This document shows, piece by piece, positions 36,987-46,813 of a DNA stretch of 64,000 nt. Where the stretch lies: NCBI GenBank assembly GCA_965202785.1, contig OZ241855.1:608001-672000 (forward strand), in the 5' to 3' direction. Below the pieces are notes generated by a model that was not told the origin of the DNA, made no database searches, and was given only the letters and a program-made list of their open reading frames with translations. The translations under genes and the position numbers were made by a program. Source of the stretch: Thermodesulfobacteriota bacterium (GTDB taxonomy: Bacteria; Desulfobacterota_D; UBA1144; Nemesobacterales; Nemesobacteraceae). Within the stretch, counting starts at the first letter, position 1; each line of letters opens with the position of its first letter.

Positions 36987-38837
36987 ATGTTCCGACATAT
37001 GCACTTTATGATTGCTGTCACGATCCTGTTAGGATTTGTCAGCGGCGCCCGGGCGCAAACTTTCAATTCCGTCGTCGTATTCGGTGACAGCTTGAGCGAT
37101 TCTGGAAATATCGCCCAGCTCAACGGACTTCCGCCCGGCACGAGCTTCACCACGAACCCAGACCCGGTCTGGGCCGAAATCGTGGCCCAAGCTTTCGGGG
37201 CATCTGGAACCAATTCGCTCGCCGGCGGGACGAACTACGCCTGGGGCGGCGCCTGCGTAGACCCAAACGTCGCTTGTGAAAACCCTGTGGCTACAACGCA
37301 GCAACAGATTAGCCAGCACCTCTCCGGAGGAAATGCCGACCCGGATACGCTTTACATGATCTGGGGCGGCGTAAACGATATAAGCGCCGTCGCCGGGGAA
37401 ACCCAAGGCGCCCTTGACGGCACCCTGAAAGCAGCGGAAGCGTACGTAGATCAAATACGAGGTCTCCAGGACGCCGGCGCACGTTACGTAGTTGTACTCA
37501 ACTCGCCCGACGCCGGCAAAACCATAAACGCTCAGCGCGCCGGCCCTGCAGCCGCAGCTGGACTCTCCGCTCTAACCCAAGCCTATAATGAAGCTCTGGA
37601 TACGGGTCTCGGCTCTCTGGAGCGCGGAATCATTCCCGTGAATGTCTCCGTCCTGCTGGACGAGATAATTGAAAATCCTGGAAACTACGGATTCACCAAC
37701 ATTGATGATATAGCTTGTACTCCTGGTTCCAATCCCCTGCGCCCCGGTGGGGGAATAGAGTCACTTGTGTGCGGCCCGACCGATTCAGGTTATCTTTCAC
37801 CTCCCAAAACTGATGAGACTTATCTTTTCGCGGACGGTTCCCATCCCAGCGGACCGGTCCATGCGGCAGTCGCAAGTATGGTAGTTTCCACTCTCGAGGC
37901 CCCGGTTCAGGTATCGCTCGGAGGGGAAGCAGGAGTAGAAGTTGCCAGGGCGCACCACGATGCCGTGTTTACGGAGCGGATGCTTGATCTCGGGTCTAGC
38001 CGCTCGGCCGGAAAATGGCACAGCTACGCGAGGGGCCAGATAGGCTCATATGAACTCGAATCCCTGCCACATCTGGGTAAAACACAGTCTGAAATGCATG
38101 TGCTCACCCTGGGCACCGACTACCGCATCGGAGATGTGCTCCATCTGGGCGCGGCATTGAGCCTCGGGAACCACGACAACGATGTCTCGGGCGCAAGCAT
38201 CGACAGCCTCGTTGTGACCGGCTCGCTGCACGGCACCCTTATTTACGACATTTTTTACCTGAGCGGCGCCTTTAACGGGGGCAGGGCATCTATTGATATC
38301 AACCGTTCGATCCGGATCGGATCGGCGCTACGCACGGAGCACGGCTCCACAAGCTCTTATCAGTTCGGAACCGATGTTGAAGGGGGCTGGATTATAGGCA
38401 GGTCCGAGGGGTACATACACAATCTGTTTTTGGGACTCGGGTGGCTCAATCAGAAAATCGACGGCTACAGTGAAAACGGCGGCACGTCCACCTCGATGAA
38501 CTTTTCGGATTTTGAACGCGACTCCCTGGTTGTGAGAGGGGGTTATCAGCTCAAAGGAAATCTGGGTCTAAGCGGAAGGTTGTCCCCATACATCCGCGTC
38601 TCTTATGAGAGAGAGCTTAACGACGATCCCGTTTCGGTCACTGCGGGATCGAACACCATGTCCGGCCGCTTTACTCTCTCGGGCTTCGAGCCGCCGACCG
38701 AATGGGTAAACGCCGGCGGCGGCCTTATCGCCGGCATCGGCAGCCGGATAAAAACTTTCATAGGCTACTCGGGGCGCTTCGGCAATAACTCCAACCTCAA
38801 CCACGAGTTCAGTCTCGGAGCACGCGTAACATTCTAG
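36987..38837 (+). CDS. GDSL esterase/lipase autotransporter (EstA-like)
   Basis: Signal peptide, FGDSLSDSGN, NYAWGGA, GVND and DGSHP; C-terminal beta-barrel ending in F. Confidence 0.92.
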   Translation: MFRHMHFMIAVTILLGFVSGARAQTFNSVVVFGDSLSDSGNIAQLNGLPPGTSFTTNPDPVWAEIVAQAFGASGTNSLAGGTNYAWGGACVDPNVACENPVATTQQQISQHLSGGNADPDTLYMIWGGVNDISAVAGETQGALDGTLKAAEAYVDQIRGLQDAGARYVVVLNSPDAGKTINAQRAGPAAAAGLSALTQAYNEALDTGLGSLERGIIPVNVSVLLDEIIENPGNYGFTNIDDIACTPGSNPLRPGGGIESLVCGPTDSGYLSPPKTDETYLFADGSHPSGPVHAAVASMVVSTLEAPVQVSLGGEAGVEVARAHHDAVFTERMLDLGSSRSAGKWHSYARGQIGSYELESLPHLGKTQSEMHVLTLGTDYRIGDVLHLGAALSLGNHDNDVSGASIDSLVVTGSLHGTLIYDIFYLSGAFNGGRASIDINRSIRIGSALRTEHGSTSSYQFGTDVEGGWIIGRSEGYIHNLFLGLGWLNQKIDGYSENGGTSTSMNFSDFERDSLVVRGGYQLKGNLGLSGRLSPYIRVSYERELNDDPVSVTAGSNTMSGRFTLSGFEPPTEWVNAGGGLIAGIGSRIKTFIGYSGRFGNNSNLNHEFSLGARVTF

Positions 38838-38894
38838 AAGAAGGGGAACTCAACCGGCAAGCAGGCGACAATTTGAAACGCAACCCGCAGGCTG

Positions 38895-39848
38895 TTATTG
38901 AGCCGAGATATAAAGCATCCTGTCTATCGATTTTTTAGCCTTGCGGGCGATATCCTCCGGAACCCTGACCTCATACACCTCTTCCCTTAGTGAATTCAGC
39001 ACCTTCTCAACCGTTATCATCTTCATGTACTCGCAGACCGCGTCGGCCTTGGCGGGGTAGAACTCTTTTTCAGGGCTTTGCTTCCTGAGCGTGTGAAGGA
39101 TCCCGGTTTCAGTCGCTACCACGAACTCGGGGGTGTCGGAATTGCGCGTGTAGTCAATCATTTTTCCCGTAGAGAAAAATTTTATCTCCTTTGCCAGCTC
39201 GTCGTCTCTGGCGGCTGAATGAAGAAAAGACGTGGTGCAGCCGCACTCGGGGTGAACTATCATCTCCGCGTTGGGATAGGACTCCTTTATCTTCCTTATG
39301 TCCTTCGGACGTATTCCCGCGTGCACGTGGCATTCCCCCGGCCAGATGTAAATCTTTCTGCCCGTAGCCTTGGAGACAAATGCTCCCAAGAACATGTCCG
39401 GCAGAAAAAGTATCTCCCTGTCCCTGGGGATGGACTCCACTATCTTGACGGCATTTGAGGAAGTAACGCAGTAGTCGGTCTCAGACTTGACGGCGGCCGA
39501 GGTGTTCACGTAGGAAACCACGAGTGCGTCCGGGTGTTCGGATTTCCACTTTTTGAGCTGTTCCAGGTTTATGGTCTCGGCAAGGGAGCAGCCCGCCTCG
39601 GGATCGGGGATAAGCACCTTCTTGTCGGGAGAGATTATGGAAGCGGTTTCGGCCATGAAGTGGACTCCGCAGAAGATGATGATTTCCGCGTCGGTTTCAG
39701 AAGCCTTCTGTGAAAGACCCAAGGAATCTCCCGTGTAGTCGGCAAGATCCTGGATTTCGGGTATCTGGTAGTTATGGGCCAGAATTACCGCGTTTTTTTC
39801 CTTTCTAAGCCTGTCTATTTCTTCTGAAATGTCACGTAAACTGTCCAT
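38895..39848 (-). CDS. nadA: Quinolinate synthase
   Basis: LAHNYQ, FCGVHFMAET, AGCSLA, GECHVH, HPEC and CEYMK. Confidence 0.97.
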   Translation of the reverse strand: MDSLRDISEEIDRLRKEKNAVILAHNYQIPEIQDLADYTGDSLGLSQKASETDAEIIIFCGVHFMAETASIISPDKKVLIPDPEAGCSLAETINLEQLKKWKSEHPDALVVSYVNTSAAVKSETDYCVTSSNAVKIVESIPRDREILFLPDMFLGAFVSKATGRKIYIWPGECHVHAGIRPKDIRKIKESYPNAEMIVHPECGCTTSFLHSAARDDELAKEIKFFSTGKMIDYTRNSDTPEFVVATETGILHTLRKQSPEKEFYPAKADAVCEYMKMITVEKVLNSLREEVYEVRVPEDIARKAKKSIDRMLYISAQ

Positions 39849-39885
39849 CTCAACAGCCGGGCATCCCCTGTTAAACCCGCAACTT

Positions 39886-40737
39886 TCAGTCTAACACATC
39901 AAAAGAAATATCTAAACACGGAGCCGAGTGCGTAAGAGCTCCGACAGATATGAAATCGACTCCGCTTTGCGCCATCTCCCTAACGTTCTCAAGGGTAACT
40001 CCGCCGGAGACCTCGACAAGCGCGCGGCGGTCTATCAGGCGCACGGCCTCCCCGATCTCCCGAATGTCCATGTTGTCAAGCATTATGACGTCAACACCGC
40101 AGGAAACCGCCTCCTCTACCTGCCCCATGGTTTTGGTCTCGACCTCCATGGAGAAATCCTCTCCCGCGTTCCGCCTCGCCTTTTCTACTGCCGCCGCTAT
40201 GCTCCCAGCGGCCTTTATATGATTGTCTTTTATGAGTACTCCGTCGTAAAGCCCGGCGCGGTGATTATGTCCCCCGCCGACCGCCACGGCGTATTTGCTG
40301 ATCCACCTGAGTCCCGGAAGGGTTTTTCTCGTGTCCTTTATCTTCACTCCGGAACCGGCTACGGCCTCGACGAAAAAAGAAGTGAAAGTCGAGATGCCGC
40401 TCATTTTCTGAAGGATGTTAAGGGCGGTCCGCTCCGCCGAAAGAATCGCCCTGCTTCTGCCCGTAACGCGGGCGAGAGTGTCTCCGGGCGAAACCCTGGT
40501 TCCGTCACGGACAATCTCTTCCCACACGCAGTCCGGGTCAAGCTTCCGGAAAACGGCGCCGGAGAGATCTATTCCCGAAACCACACCGGCCCCCTTCGCA
40601 CGCATTTCTCCGGTTAAAACAGCATCTTCGGGAACTATGCTATCGGTCGTAATGTCTCCACTTCCCATATCCTCCCGGAGGGCAAGTTCCAAAACGGCGT
40701 CAACTTCCTGAGGATAATTTTCGTGCGTATTCATCAA
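39886..40737 (-). CDS. nadC: Nicotinate-nucleotide diphosphorylase
   Basis: ED...GDITT, ERTALN, DTRKT.PG, IKDNH, MLDN and ISVGALTHSA. Confidence 0.97.
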   Translation of the reverse strand: MMNTHENYPQEVDAVLELALREDMGSGDITTDSIVPEDAVLTGEMRAKGAGVVSGIDLSGAVFRKLDPDCVWEEIVRDGTRVSPGDTLARVTGRSRAILSAERTALNILQKMSGISTFTSFFVEAVAGSGVKIKDTRKTLPGLRWISKYAVAVGGGHNHRAGLYDGVLIKDNHIKAAGSIAAAVEKARRNAGEDFSMEVETKTMGQVEEAVSCGVDVIMLDNMDIREIGEAVRLIDRRALVEVSGGVTLENVREMAQSGVDFISVGALTHSAPCLDISFDVLD

Positions 40738-42314
40738 TCGGCTCCGTAAATCTCCAGGTCCTTCCTGAAAACCAGATGTTTTTCATAATCCGAGTCCTCC
40801 TCCGGATAATCAGATCTCATATGGGCCCCCCGCGACTCCTTTCTCAAAAGAGCTGCGCGCGCAACGAGCAGGCACACATCGAGCATTGTCCCAAGCTTAA
40901 AGCCAAACCATCCGGAAACACCTTCGCTTGCCGAGGAAATCTCCTCAAGGCGCGTGACGAATTCCTCCATGTCCTCAAGTTCTCTCACTATCCCGAGATG
41001 TTTACTCATTCCCTCGATTATCGTATCCCTGGCTTCGTTGAAAAACCCGGCATCGGCTTCCCTGGTATCGGCAAGCATAAAACCTTCGAAACCCCCGGTA
41101 ATGCCCCCCGTACGCTGCACACTAGACGCGCTGTCAACAGACCTTTTGGCAAACACCATGCACTCGAGAAGGGAATTGCTCGCAAGGCGGTTGGCACCGT
41201 GGACGCCGGTGTTCGATACCTCTCCGCAGGCGTAAAGACCCTCTATATTTGTCTTTCCCATGAGGCTGGTTCTTACTCCGCCTATGGTGTAATGGGCGGC
41301 GGGAGCAACAGGAATGCGGTCTTTGGCAAGATCAAAACCCGAATCCCTGCAGAGTCTGTCTATGTTGGAGAACCTTTTCCTTACAAATCCGGGATCCATG
41401 TGGGAGAGATCGAGGTACACGTAGTCTTCTCCGCAGGATCTCATCTCGCTGTGAATCGCCTTTGAGACTATGTCTCTCGGCGCGAGTTCAAGCAGGGAAC
41501 TGTAGCGTTCCATGAACCTTGTCCCCCGGGCGTTAAGGAGATAAGCTCCCTCCCCCCTTATCGCCTCGGTGAGAAGAAAGGCATCGCCTTTTTCGCCGCT
41601 GAAAACGGTGGGGTGGAACTGCACGAACTCCATGTCGGAAATCTCCGCTCCCGCTCTCCATGCAAGCGATATGCCTTCCCCTGATGCCCCTTCCGGGTTG
41701 GTGGTCCTTCTGTAAAGGGCGCTCGCGCCGCCGGTGGCGACTATGGTGCAGGGAGAAGAAATTCTCACGTAGCTCTCCCTTCCCTCGTCGTAACCCCAGA
41801 CACCGTAGCATCTCTCTCCGTCTGAGATTATGTCGGTAACGGTGACAAGCTCCAGAATGGTTACCGATTCGCTTGAACTCACAAAAGAGATGAGAAATTC
41901 GATCATCTCCTTTCCCGTCGAGTCGCCTCCCGCGTGAAGGACTCTTCTTTTCGAGTGGCCGCCTTCAAGGCCGAGCAGAAGACCGCTGTCATCGGAATCG
42001 AACTTCATGCCGAGATTTATGAGGTCCGTGACCCTCTCCCTTCCCTCTTCAACCAGAATCTGCACCGCGCGGGCATCGCAAAGTCCTCTTCCCGCGGCAA
42101 TCGTGTCCTCTTGGTGAAAGACGGGCGAGTCCTCGGGGTCGACGGCAGCCGCGATTCCTCCCTGAGCCCAGTATGAATTGCTTTGCACGAGGGTCTGCTT
42201 GGTCACCACCACGCACCGGCCAAGGGAAGACGCGCACACCGCGGCGTAGAGACCCGCAAGCCCCCCGCCCACAACAAGAAAGTCGCACTCGACATCAATA
42301 ATTTCTGCGCTCAT
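40734..42314 (-). CDS. nadB: L-aspartate oxidase
   Basis: SNSYWAQGGIAA, EGGHSKRR, EFVQFHPT, PAAHYTIGG and GVHGANRLASNSLLE. Confidence 0.97.
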   Translation of the reverse strand: MSAEIIDVECDFLVVGGGLAGLYAAVCASSLGRCVVVTKQTLVQSNSYWAQGGIAAAVDPEDSPVFHQEDTIAAGRGLCDARAVQILVEEGRERVTDLINLGMKFDSDDSGLLLGLEGGHSKRRVLHAGGDSTGKEMIEFLISFVSSSESVTILELVTVTDIISDGERCYGVWGYDEGRESYVRISSPCTIVATGGASALYRRTTNPEGASGEGISLAWRAGAEISDMEFVQFHPTVFSGEKGDAFLLTEAIRGEGAYLLNARGTRFMERYSSLLELAPRDIVSKAIHSEMRSCGEDYVYLDLSHMDPGFVRKRFSNIDRLCRDSGFDLAKDRIPVAPAAHYTIGGVRTSLMGKTNIEGLYACGEVSNTGVHGANRLASNSLLECMVFAKRSVDSASSVQRTGGITGGFEGFMLADTREADAGFFNEARDTIIEGMSKHLGIVRELEDMEEFVTRLEEISSASEGVSGWFGFKLGTMLDVCLLVARAALLRKESRGAHMRSDYPEEDSDYEKHLVFRKDLEIYGAD

Positions 42315-42335
42315 TAAAACCGCCCGGCTTTTTTC

Positions 42336-44951
42336 CTAGCTCACCGCTGATATAAGAGAATCCTCTATCTTTTTGAGTTTCTTGGCACCGCTTATCTTGC
42401 GCCCTCTCGAGTCACGCACGTAAAACGTATCGGCAACCTGATCCGCCCTGGTCGAAATCTTGGCGTAGTCAATCGAAAGTTCCATCTCGGCAATTGTTTT
42501 CGTGATGCTGTAGAGAAGTCCTTCCCGGTCATGGGCATAAACCTCTATCACGGTCGCCTTATCCGAAGACTCGTTGTCAAACACGATTTCCGGAGGATAC
42601 TCGGGAACCTTTCTTCCGTAGGAGGAATAGTTTCTCTTCCTCCTCTCAACCAGCTCGTCAACCTCAACATCCCCGTCAAGCGCCTTCCTGAGGTTTTTGT
42701 CAACCTTTTTCCACACCTCTCCATACTCCTCTTCGGTCAGGTAATCGGTCCTCTCCACATAGAAGATGTCAAAAGCCTTCTTGTCGAGCGTGGTTACGAT
42801 TCTTGCCCCCAGAATATTGAGTCCGTTCGCACTCAGAACCCCGCAAAACACCGAGAATATCCCTTTTTTGTCGGGAGCGCAGATTGTAAATTCGTCGTAT
42901 TCCTCGTAGCGGATCACCTCCGTCGCGAACTTCCCCTCAATGGAATTGAGCAACTTCACGTGGCGTAAGATGTTCTGTCTTGAAAACTGGCTGAAATAGG
43001 AAACCGGCATCTTTTTCAATATTTTCGTCACCTTGCGCTCGGGAATCTCTCCGTCGGCGTCGGCCACTATGTCCGAGGTCATCTTCTGCATCCATTCCTC
43101 GTCGGTTTTACGCCGGTACGTGCCCGCCGACATCTGCCGGAGGGTCTTCACGTAGAGTTCCTGGAGCAGCATTCCCGTCCAGTCCTTCCACACGTCGGGA
43201 CCGACCGATCTTATGTCCGCGAAAGTGAGCAGGTAGAGAAGAGAAAGTGTTTCCTGGTCAGGAATGGACTTGGCCAGCCGATTCAGAACGACCGGATCGT
43301 CAAGATCCCTTCTCTGGGAGAAATGAACCATGGCCAGATGATGTCTCACCAGAAATTCAAGCTGCTCCGCGTCGGAGGCCCCAAGACCCATCCTCTCGGC
43401 TATCTTCGGGATCATGGCAGCCCCTTTCTGCGCGTGGCTTCCCCCCTGGCCCTTCCCCATGTCGTGGAAAAGGCAGGCGAGATAAAGAACATGTCTTTTC
43501 ACCAGGGTTTCGGCGACTTTGGTGAGAAAGGGAAATTTCTCCTCGTATCCGTAGTTTATAAGCCTTTCGATTTCCCTGATCATGAATATGGAGTGTACAT
43601 CGACTGTATAGACGTGGTAGGAATCAAACTGCACCATGCAGACTATTTTCCCGAATTCCGGAATGAAGCGGCCCAGAAGGCGCAATTCGTTCATCTTGAG
43701 CAGCATTTTCGAGACATCCTTTCCGAAACGCAGAAGCCTCAGGAATATCCTGTTGAACTCCGGGTCGTTTCGGACTTTTTCGTCTATGCGGGTTGCGTGT
43801 TCACCTATGAGAAGTTCGAGGTATTCGGTGAATTCGACCGAGTGGCGGTCAGCGTATTCAAACGCGCGCAGGAAATTGCAGAAGTCCTCGCTGAAAACGT
43901 TTCTGCTCGTCACGGAGAGATATTTGCCCTGTATCGTAAACCCGTGGTCAAGATGAACGGCCTTTTTGGTGAGTCTTCTCCGCGCGTAGACCCTCGTGCA
44001 CTTTTCCGTCAGCCTTCGGGACTGCTGTACCACCACCGCGGCGCGGAGGTAATAGATTCTCATGAATTTTTCCACCGCACGGAGCTTTCCCTCCCTGTAA
44101 CCGAAGGATTTCGCTACCTGGGTCTGAAGGTCGAAACTCAGGTTGTCCTCCCTTTTTTTTGCCTGGTAATGCAGCTGCGCTCGCACGAGCAGAAGGAAGT
44201 TAAGGCATTTGCGCATCACCCTGTACTCCTTCTCCGAGACGAACCCCCTCTGGAGCACTTCCTCGAAACTTTTGGCCTTGTAGTTCGCCTGTGCTATCCA
44301 CATCGCCGTCTGGAACTCCCTGAGCCCTCCCCTTCCCTCCTTAACGTTAGGCTCGAGGATGTAGAGGGTTTTTCCGTATCTCTCCCCCCTTGTGTCCCTT
44401 TCATCTATTTTTCTCCTTATGAAATCGTGTGAAATCTTGGGGAGCACCTCGCCGTAAATTTCATTTTCAAGCTCGTCGTAAAGAGCCCCGTCCCCGCATA
44501 TGAACCTCGAGTCGAGAAGAGAACTCAGGATGGTAACGTCGTTTCTGTCCATCGAGAGCTCCCTGCACTCCTCAAGGCTTCTCGTGCAGTTCCCCACATC
44601 CATCTTCGTGTCCCAGAGAAGGTAAAGGAGCTTCTCCACTACCTCCTCGGCCAAGTCCTTCGAGCCTTTTTTGTGAAGAAAAAGAAGGTCTATGTCGGAG
44701 TACGGGGAAAGCTCCTCCCTGCCGTAACCCCCGAGAGCCACTATGGAGACGCCTTTGAGTTCCGGGTAACCGTACCGCGAAAGGGCGCGCTTGATGAACT
44801 CGTCCACGACTGCGGTCCTCTCTCGGGCAAGCTCGTAGCCTATGAGGGCCTTGTTTTTCCTGCTCCTCGCGTAATGGCGCCTGCGTATATGCTCGTAGGA
44901 GTCCGTAAAGAAAGCCAGAAGCTCGTTTTCAGTGGTCTCAAGTTCTTTCAC
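42336..44951 (-). CDS. glnD: Bifunctional PII uridylyltransferase / uridylyl-removing enzyme
   Basis: ALGGYGREELSPYSDIDL, EPNVKEGRGGLR, YHVYTVD.H, HD domain and two ACT domains. Confidence 0.96.
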   Translation of the reverse strand: MKELETTENELLAFFTDSYEHIRRRHYARSRKNKALIGYELARERTAVVDEFIKRALSRYGYPELKGVSIVALGGYGREELSPYSDIDLLFLHKKGSKDLAEEVVEKLLYLLWDTKMDVGNCTRSLEECRELSMDRNDVTILSSLLDSRFICGDGALYDELENEIYGEVLPKISHDFIRRKIDERDTRGERYGKTLYILEPNVKEGRGGLREFQTAMWIAQANYKAKSFEEVLQRGFVSEKEYRVMRKCLNFLLLVRAQLHYQAKKREDNLSFDLQTQVAKSFGYREGKLRAVEKFMRIYYLRAAVVVQQSRRLTEKCTRVYARRRLTKKAVHLDHGFTIQGKYLSVTSRNVFSEDFCNFLRAFEYADRHSVEFTEYLELLIGEHATRIDEKVRNDPEFNRIFLRLLRFGKDVSKMLLKMNELRLLGRFIPEFGKIVCMVQFDSYHVYTVDVHSIFMIREIERLINYGYEEKFPFLTKVAETLVKRHVLYLACLFHDMGKGQGGSHAQKGAAMIPKIAERMGLGASDAEQLEFLVRHHLAMVHFSQRRDLDDPVVLNRLAKSIPDQETLSLLYLLTFADIRSVGPDVWKDWTGMLLQELYVKTLRQMSAGTYRRKTDEEWMQKMTSDIVADADGEIPERKVTKILKKMPVSYFSQFSRQNILRHVKLLNSIEGKFATEVIRYEEYDEFTICAPDKKGIFSVFCGVLSANGLNILGARIVTTLDKKAFDIFYVERTDYLTEEEYGEVWKKVDKNLRKALDGDVEVDELVERRKRNYSSYGRKVPEYPPEIVFDNESSDKATVIEVYAHDREGLLYSITKTIAEMELSIDYAKISTRADQVADTFYVRDSRGRKISGAKKLKKIEDSLISAVS

Positions 44952-44978
44952 TTTGGAATCCCGGGAAACAAATACCCT

Positions 44979-45620
44979 TTAAATCCTGACACTTAGCGCC
45001 ACCCCGTCGCGAAGGGGAACCACCGTGGAGAAAAACTCCGGGTCCGAGAACAAAAGCCGGTTAAACTCCAAGACTCCTTCGGTGCTCTCAGAACCTCCGC
45101 CGCTCAAAACCCTCCCTCCCCAAAGCACGTTATCGGTAATAAGCATCCCCCCGGGGTTAAGCTTCTCCCGCGCAAGCTCAATAACCCGCGGGTAGTTCTC
45201 CTTGTCTATGTCATTGAATATCATATCAAATTTACGGTCCGAATTCGCCAGTACTTCGAGCGCGTCTCCGCAGACAAAGCGGAGCTTGTGAATCTGCCCG
45301 GCCCGCGTGAAGTACCCGCGCGCCGCCTCCGCGTTTTCCTCAAGCCAGTCCGTGCAGGTTACCACGCCTCCGTCACCCAGAAAAAGGGAGAACCAAAGAG
45401 CCGAGTACCCGAAACCGGAACCCATCTCGAAAATGCTCTGCGGCCTGCGCAGAAGGCATATCTGCGAAAAAAACCTTCCCACAAGAGGCCCCACTATTTT
45501 CACGTCGCTTCCCTCCGCCCGCTTTTCCATGTCGTGGAAAACCTCATGGACGCGGGGGTAGAGAGAGAGAATGTAATCTTCGATCTCGGGGTTTGTTATA
45601 GCTGCGCCTTCGTCCATCAC
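44979..45620 (-). CDS. SAM-dependent O-methyltransferase (caffeoyl-CoA OMT-like)
   Basis: EMGSGFGYS, DIDKENYP, DNVLWGG and RDG. Confidence 0.88.
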   Translation of the reverse strand: MMDEGAAITNPEIEDYILSLYPRVHEVFHDMEKRAEGSDVKIVGPLVGRFFSQICLLRRPQSIFEMGSGFGYSALWFSLFLGDGGVVTCTDWLEENAEAARGYFTRAGQIHKLRFVCGDALEVLANSDRKFDMIFNDIDKENYPRVIELAREKLNPGGMLITDNVLWGGRVLSGGGSESTEGVLEFNRLLFSDPEFFSTVVPLRDGVALSVRI

Positions 45621-46192
45621 CCGCCCTCGCCCCGCCCGAAATCAACGAAGATCTCCCCCGTCCCCGCAGTCTTGTTCTCCACCCTTGCAAGAACGAAAAG
45701 AAGATCCGAGAGGCGGTTAAGGTAAACCAGGATCTCCTCTCCCTCCTCCGAGTCTCCGAAGAGCGCATCAACGCCTCTCTCGGCCCTTCTGCACACCGTG
45801 CGGGCAAGATGAAGCCAGGCGGCACCCTCCGCCCCTCCCGGCAGAACGAACTCCCTAAGCTCCCCGACCTCAGGCAAAAACTCATCTATCCGTTCCTCTA
45901 GCCGCTTCGCCATCCCCGCGGTCACCCTCGGCGGGGAAAAAGTCGAATCCCGCGGGGTTGCCAAGTCGCTTCCCACGGTGAAAAGCGCGTTCTGTATTTC
46001 CCGCAGAAGCTTCTTAACCCTGGGATCGACCGCTTTTGTGCAGGCAACTCCCAGAACCGAGTTAAGCTCGTCCACCTCGCCGTACGCGTTGACCCTCGGT
46101 GATGATTTTCTCACCCTTTTTCCGCCAAGAAGCGAGGTTTTCCCGTCATCTCCAAGACCAGTGTAGACAGTAGTTATTCTCTTTTTAGGCAT
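45617..46192 (-). CDS. PduO-type cob(I)alamin adenosyltransferase
   Basis: YTGLGDDGKT, YGEVDELNS, FVLPGG, RTVCRRAER and YLNRLSD; start ATG 46192. Confidence 0.95.
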   Translation of the reverse strand: MPKKRITTVYTGLGDDGKTSLLGGKRVRKSSPRVNAYGEVDELNSVLGVACTKAVDPRVKKLLREIQNALFTVGSDLATPRDSTFSPPRVTAGMAKRLEERIDEFLPEVGELREFVLPGGAEGAAWLHLARTVCRRAERGVDALFGDSEEGEEILVYLNRLSDLLFVLARVENKTAGTGEIFVDFGRGEGG

Positions 46193-46336
46193 TTGAAAAA
46201 ATTTTAACCGTCCTCCTGCGAGCTTCAATTGCGGTTTAAATCTCCGCCCCCTTGCCGGACATCCCAAGCGCCTTGCCCGCCGCTTTAAATCATGTTAGTT
46301 TTTAATTTCCGGCTTTAACCAGTGAGGAGGTTCGGA

Positions 46337-46813
46337 GTGCCTTTTCCCCCCGGGCTTAGAGACAAGATACAAGAAATAGCGGATGACCACGAAACCAGGC
46401 TTTCGGCGCTTATTCCCGTCCTGCGGGAAGTGCAGAACGAATTCGGCTGGCTGTCCACCGAATCCATGGAAGAAGTCGCCGAGGCGCTCGACATTCCTGC
46501 CTCTTCGGTTCAGAACGTTGCGTCATTTTACACCATGTTTTTCACAGAACCCGTGGGAGCGCACGTTATGTGGCTCTGCAGAACCCTTTCCTGCGCACTT
46601 CGCGGAGCCGAGGGTCTGGAGCATCACCTCTGCAAGCGCCTGGGGGTAAAAACCGGTGAAACGACGGCCGACGGGAAAATAACCTTTCTCGAAGCGGAAT
46701 GTCTTGCCTCCTGCGGCACCGCCCCCGCAATGCTCGTGGACGATACCCTTTACGAGAATCTTAACGAATCGGAAGTTGACAGAATAGTTGATGAAATCAG
46801 GAAAAAGGGATGA
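46337..46813 (+). CDS. nuoE: NuoE-like [2Fe-2S] subunit (isolated from other nuo genes)
   Basis: VASFYTMF, CRTLSC and ECLASCGTAP; GTG 46337 after AGGAGG. Confidence 0.88.
   Translation: MPFPPGLRDKIQEIADDHETRLSALIPVLREVQNEFGWLSTESMEEVAEALDIPASSVQNVASFYTMFFTEPVGAHVMWLCRTLSCALRGAEGLEHHLCKRLGVKTGETTADGKITFLEAECLASCGTAPAMLVDDTLYENLNESEVDRIVDEIRKKG

Noticed and set aside
43323-44432. 369-aa + strand ORF
   Set aside because: Antisense shadow of glnD.
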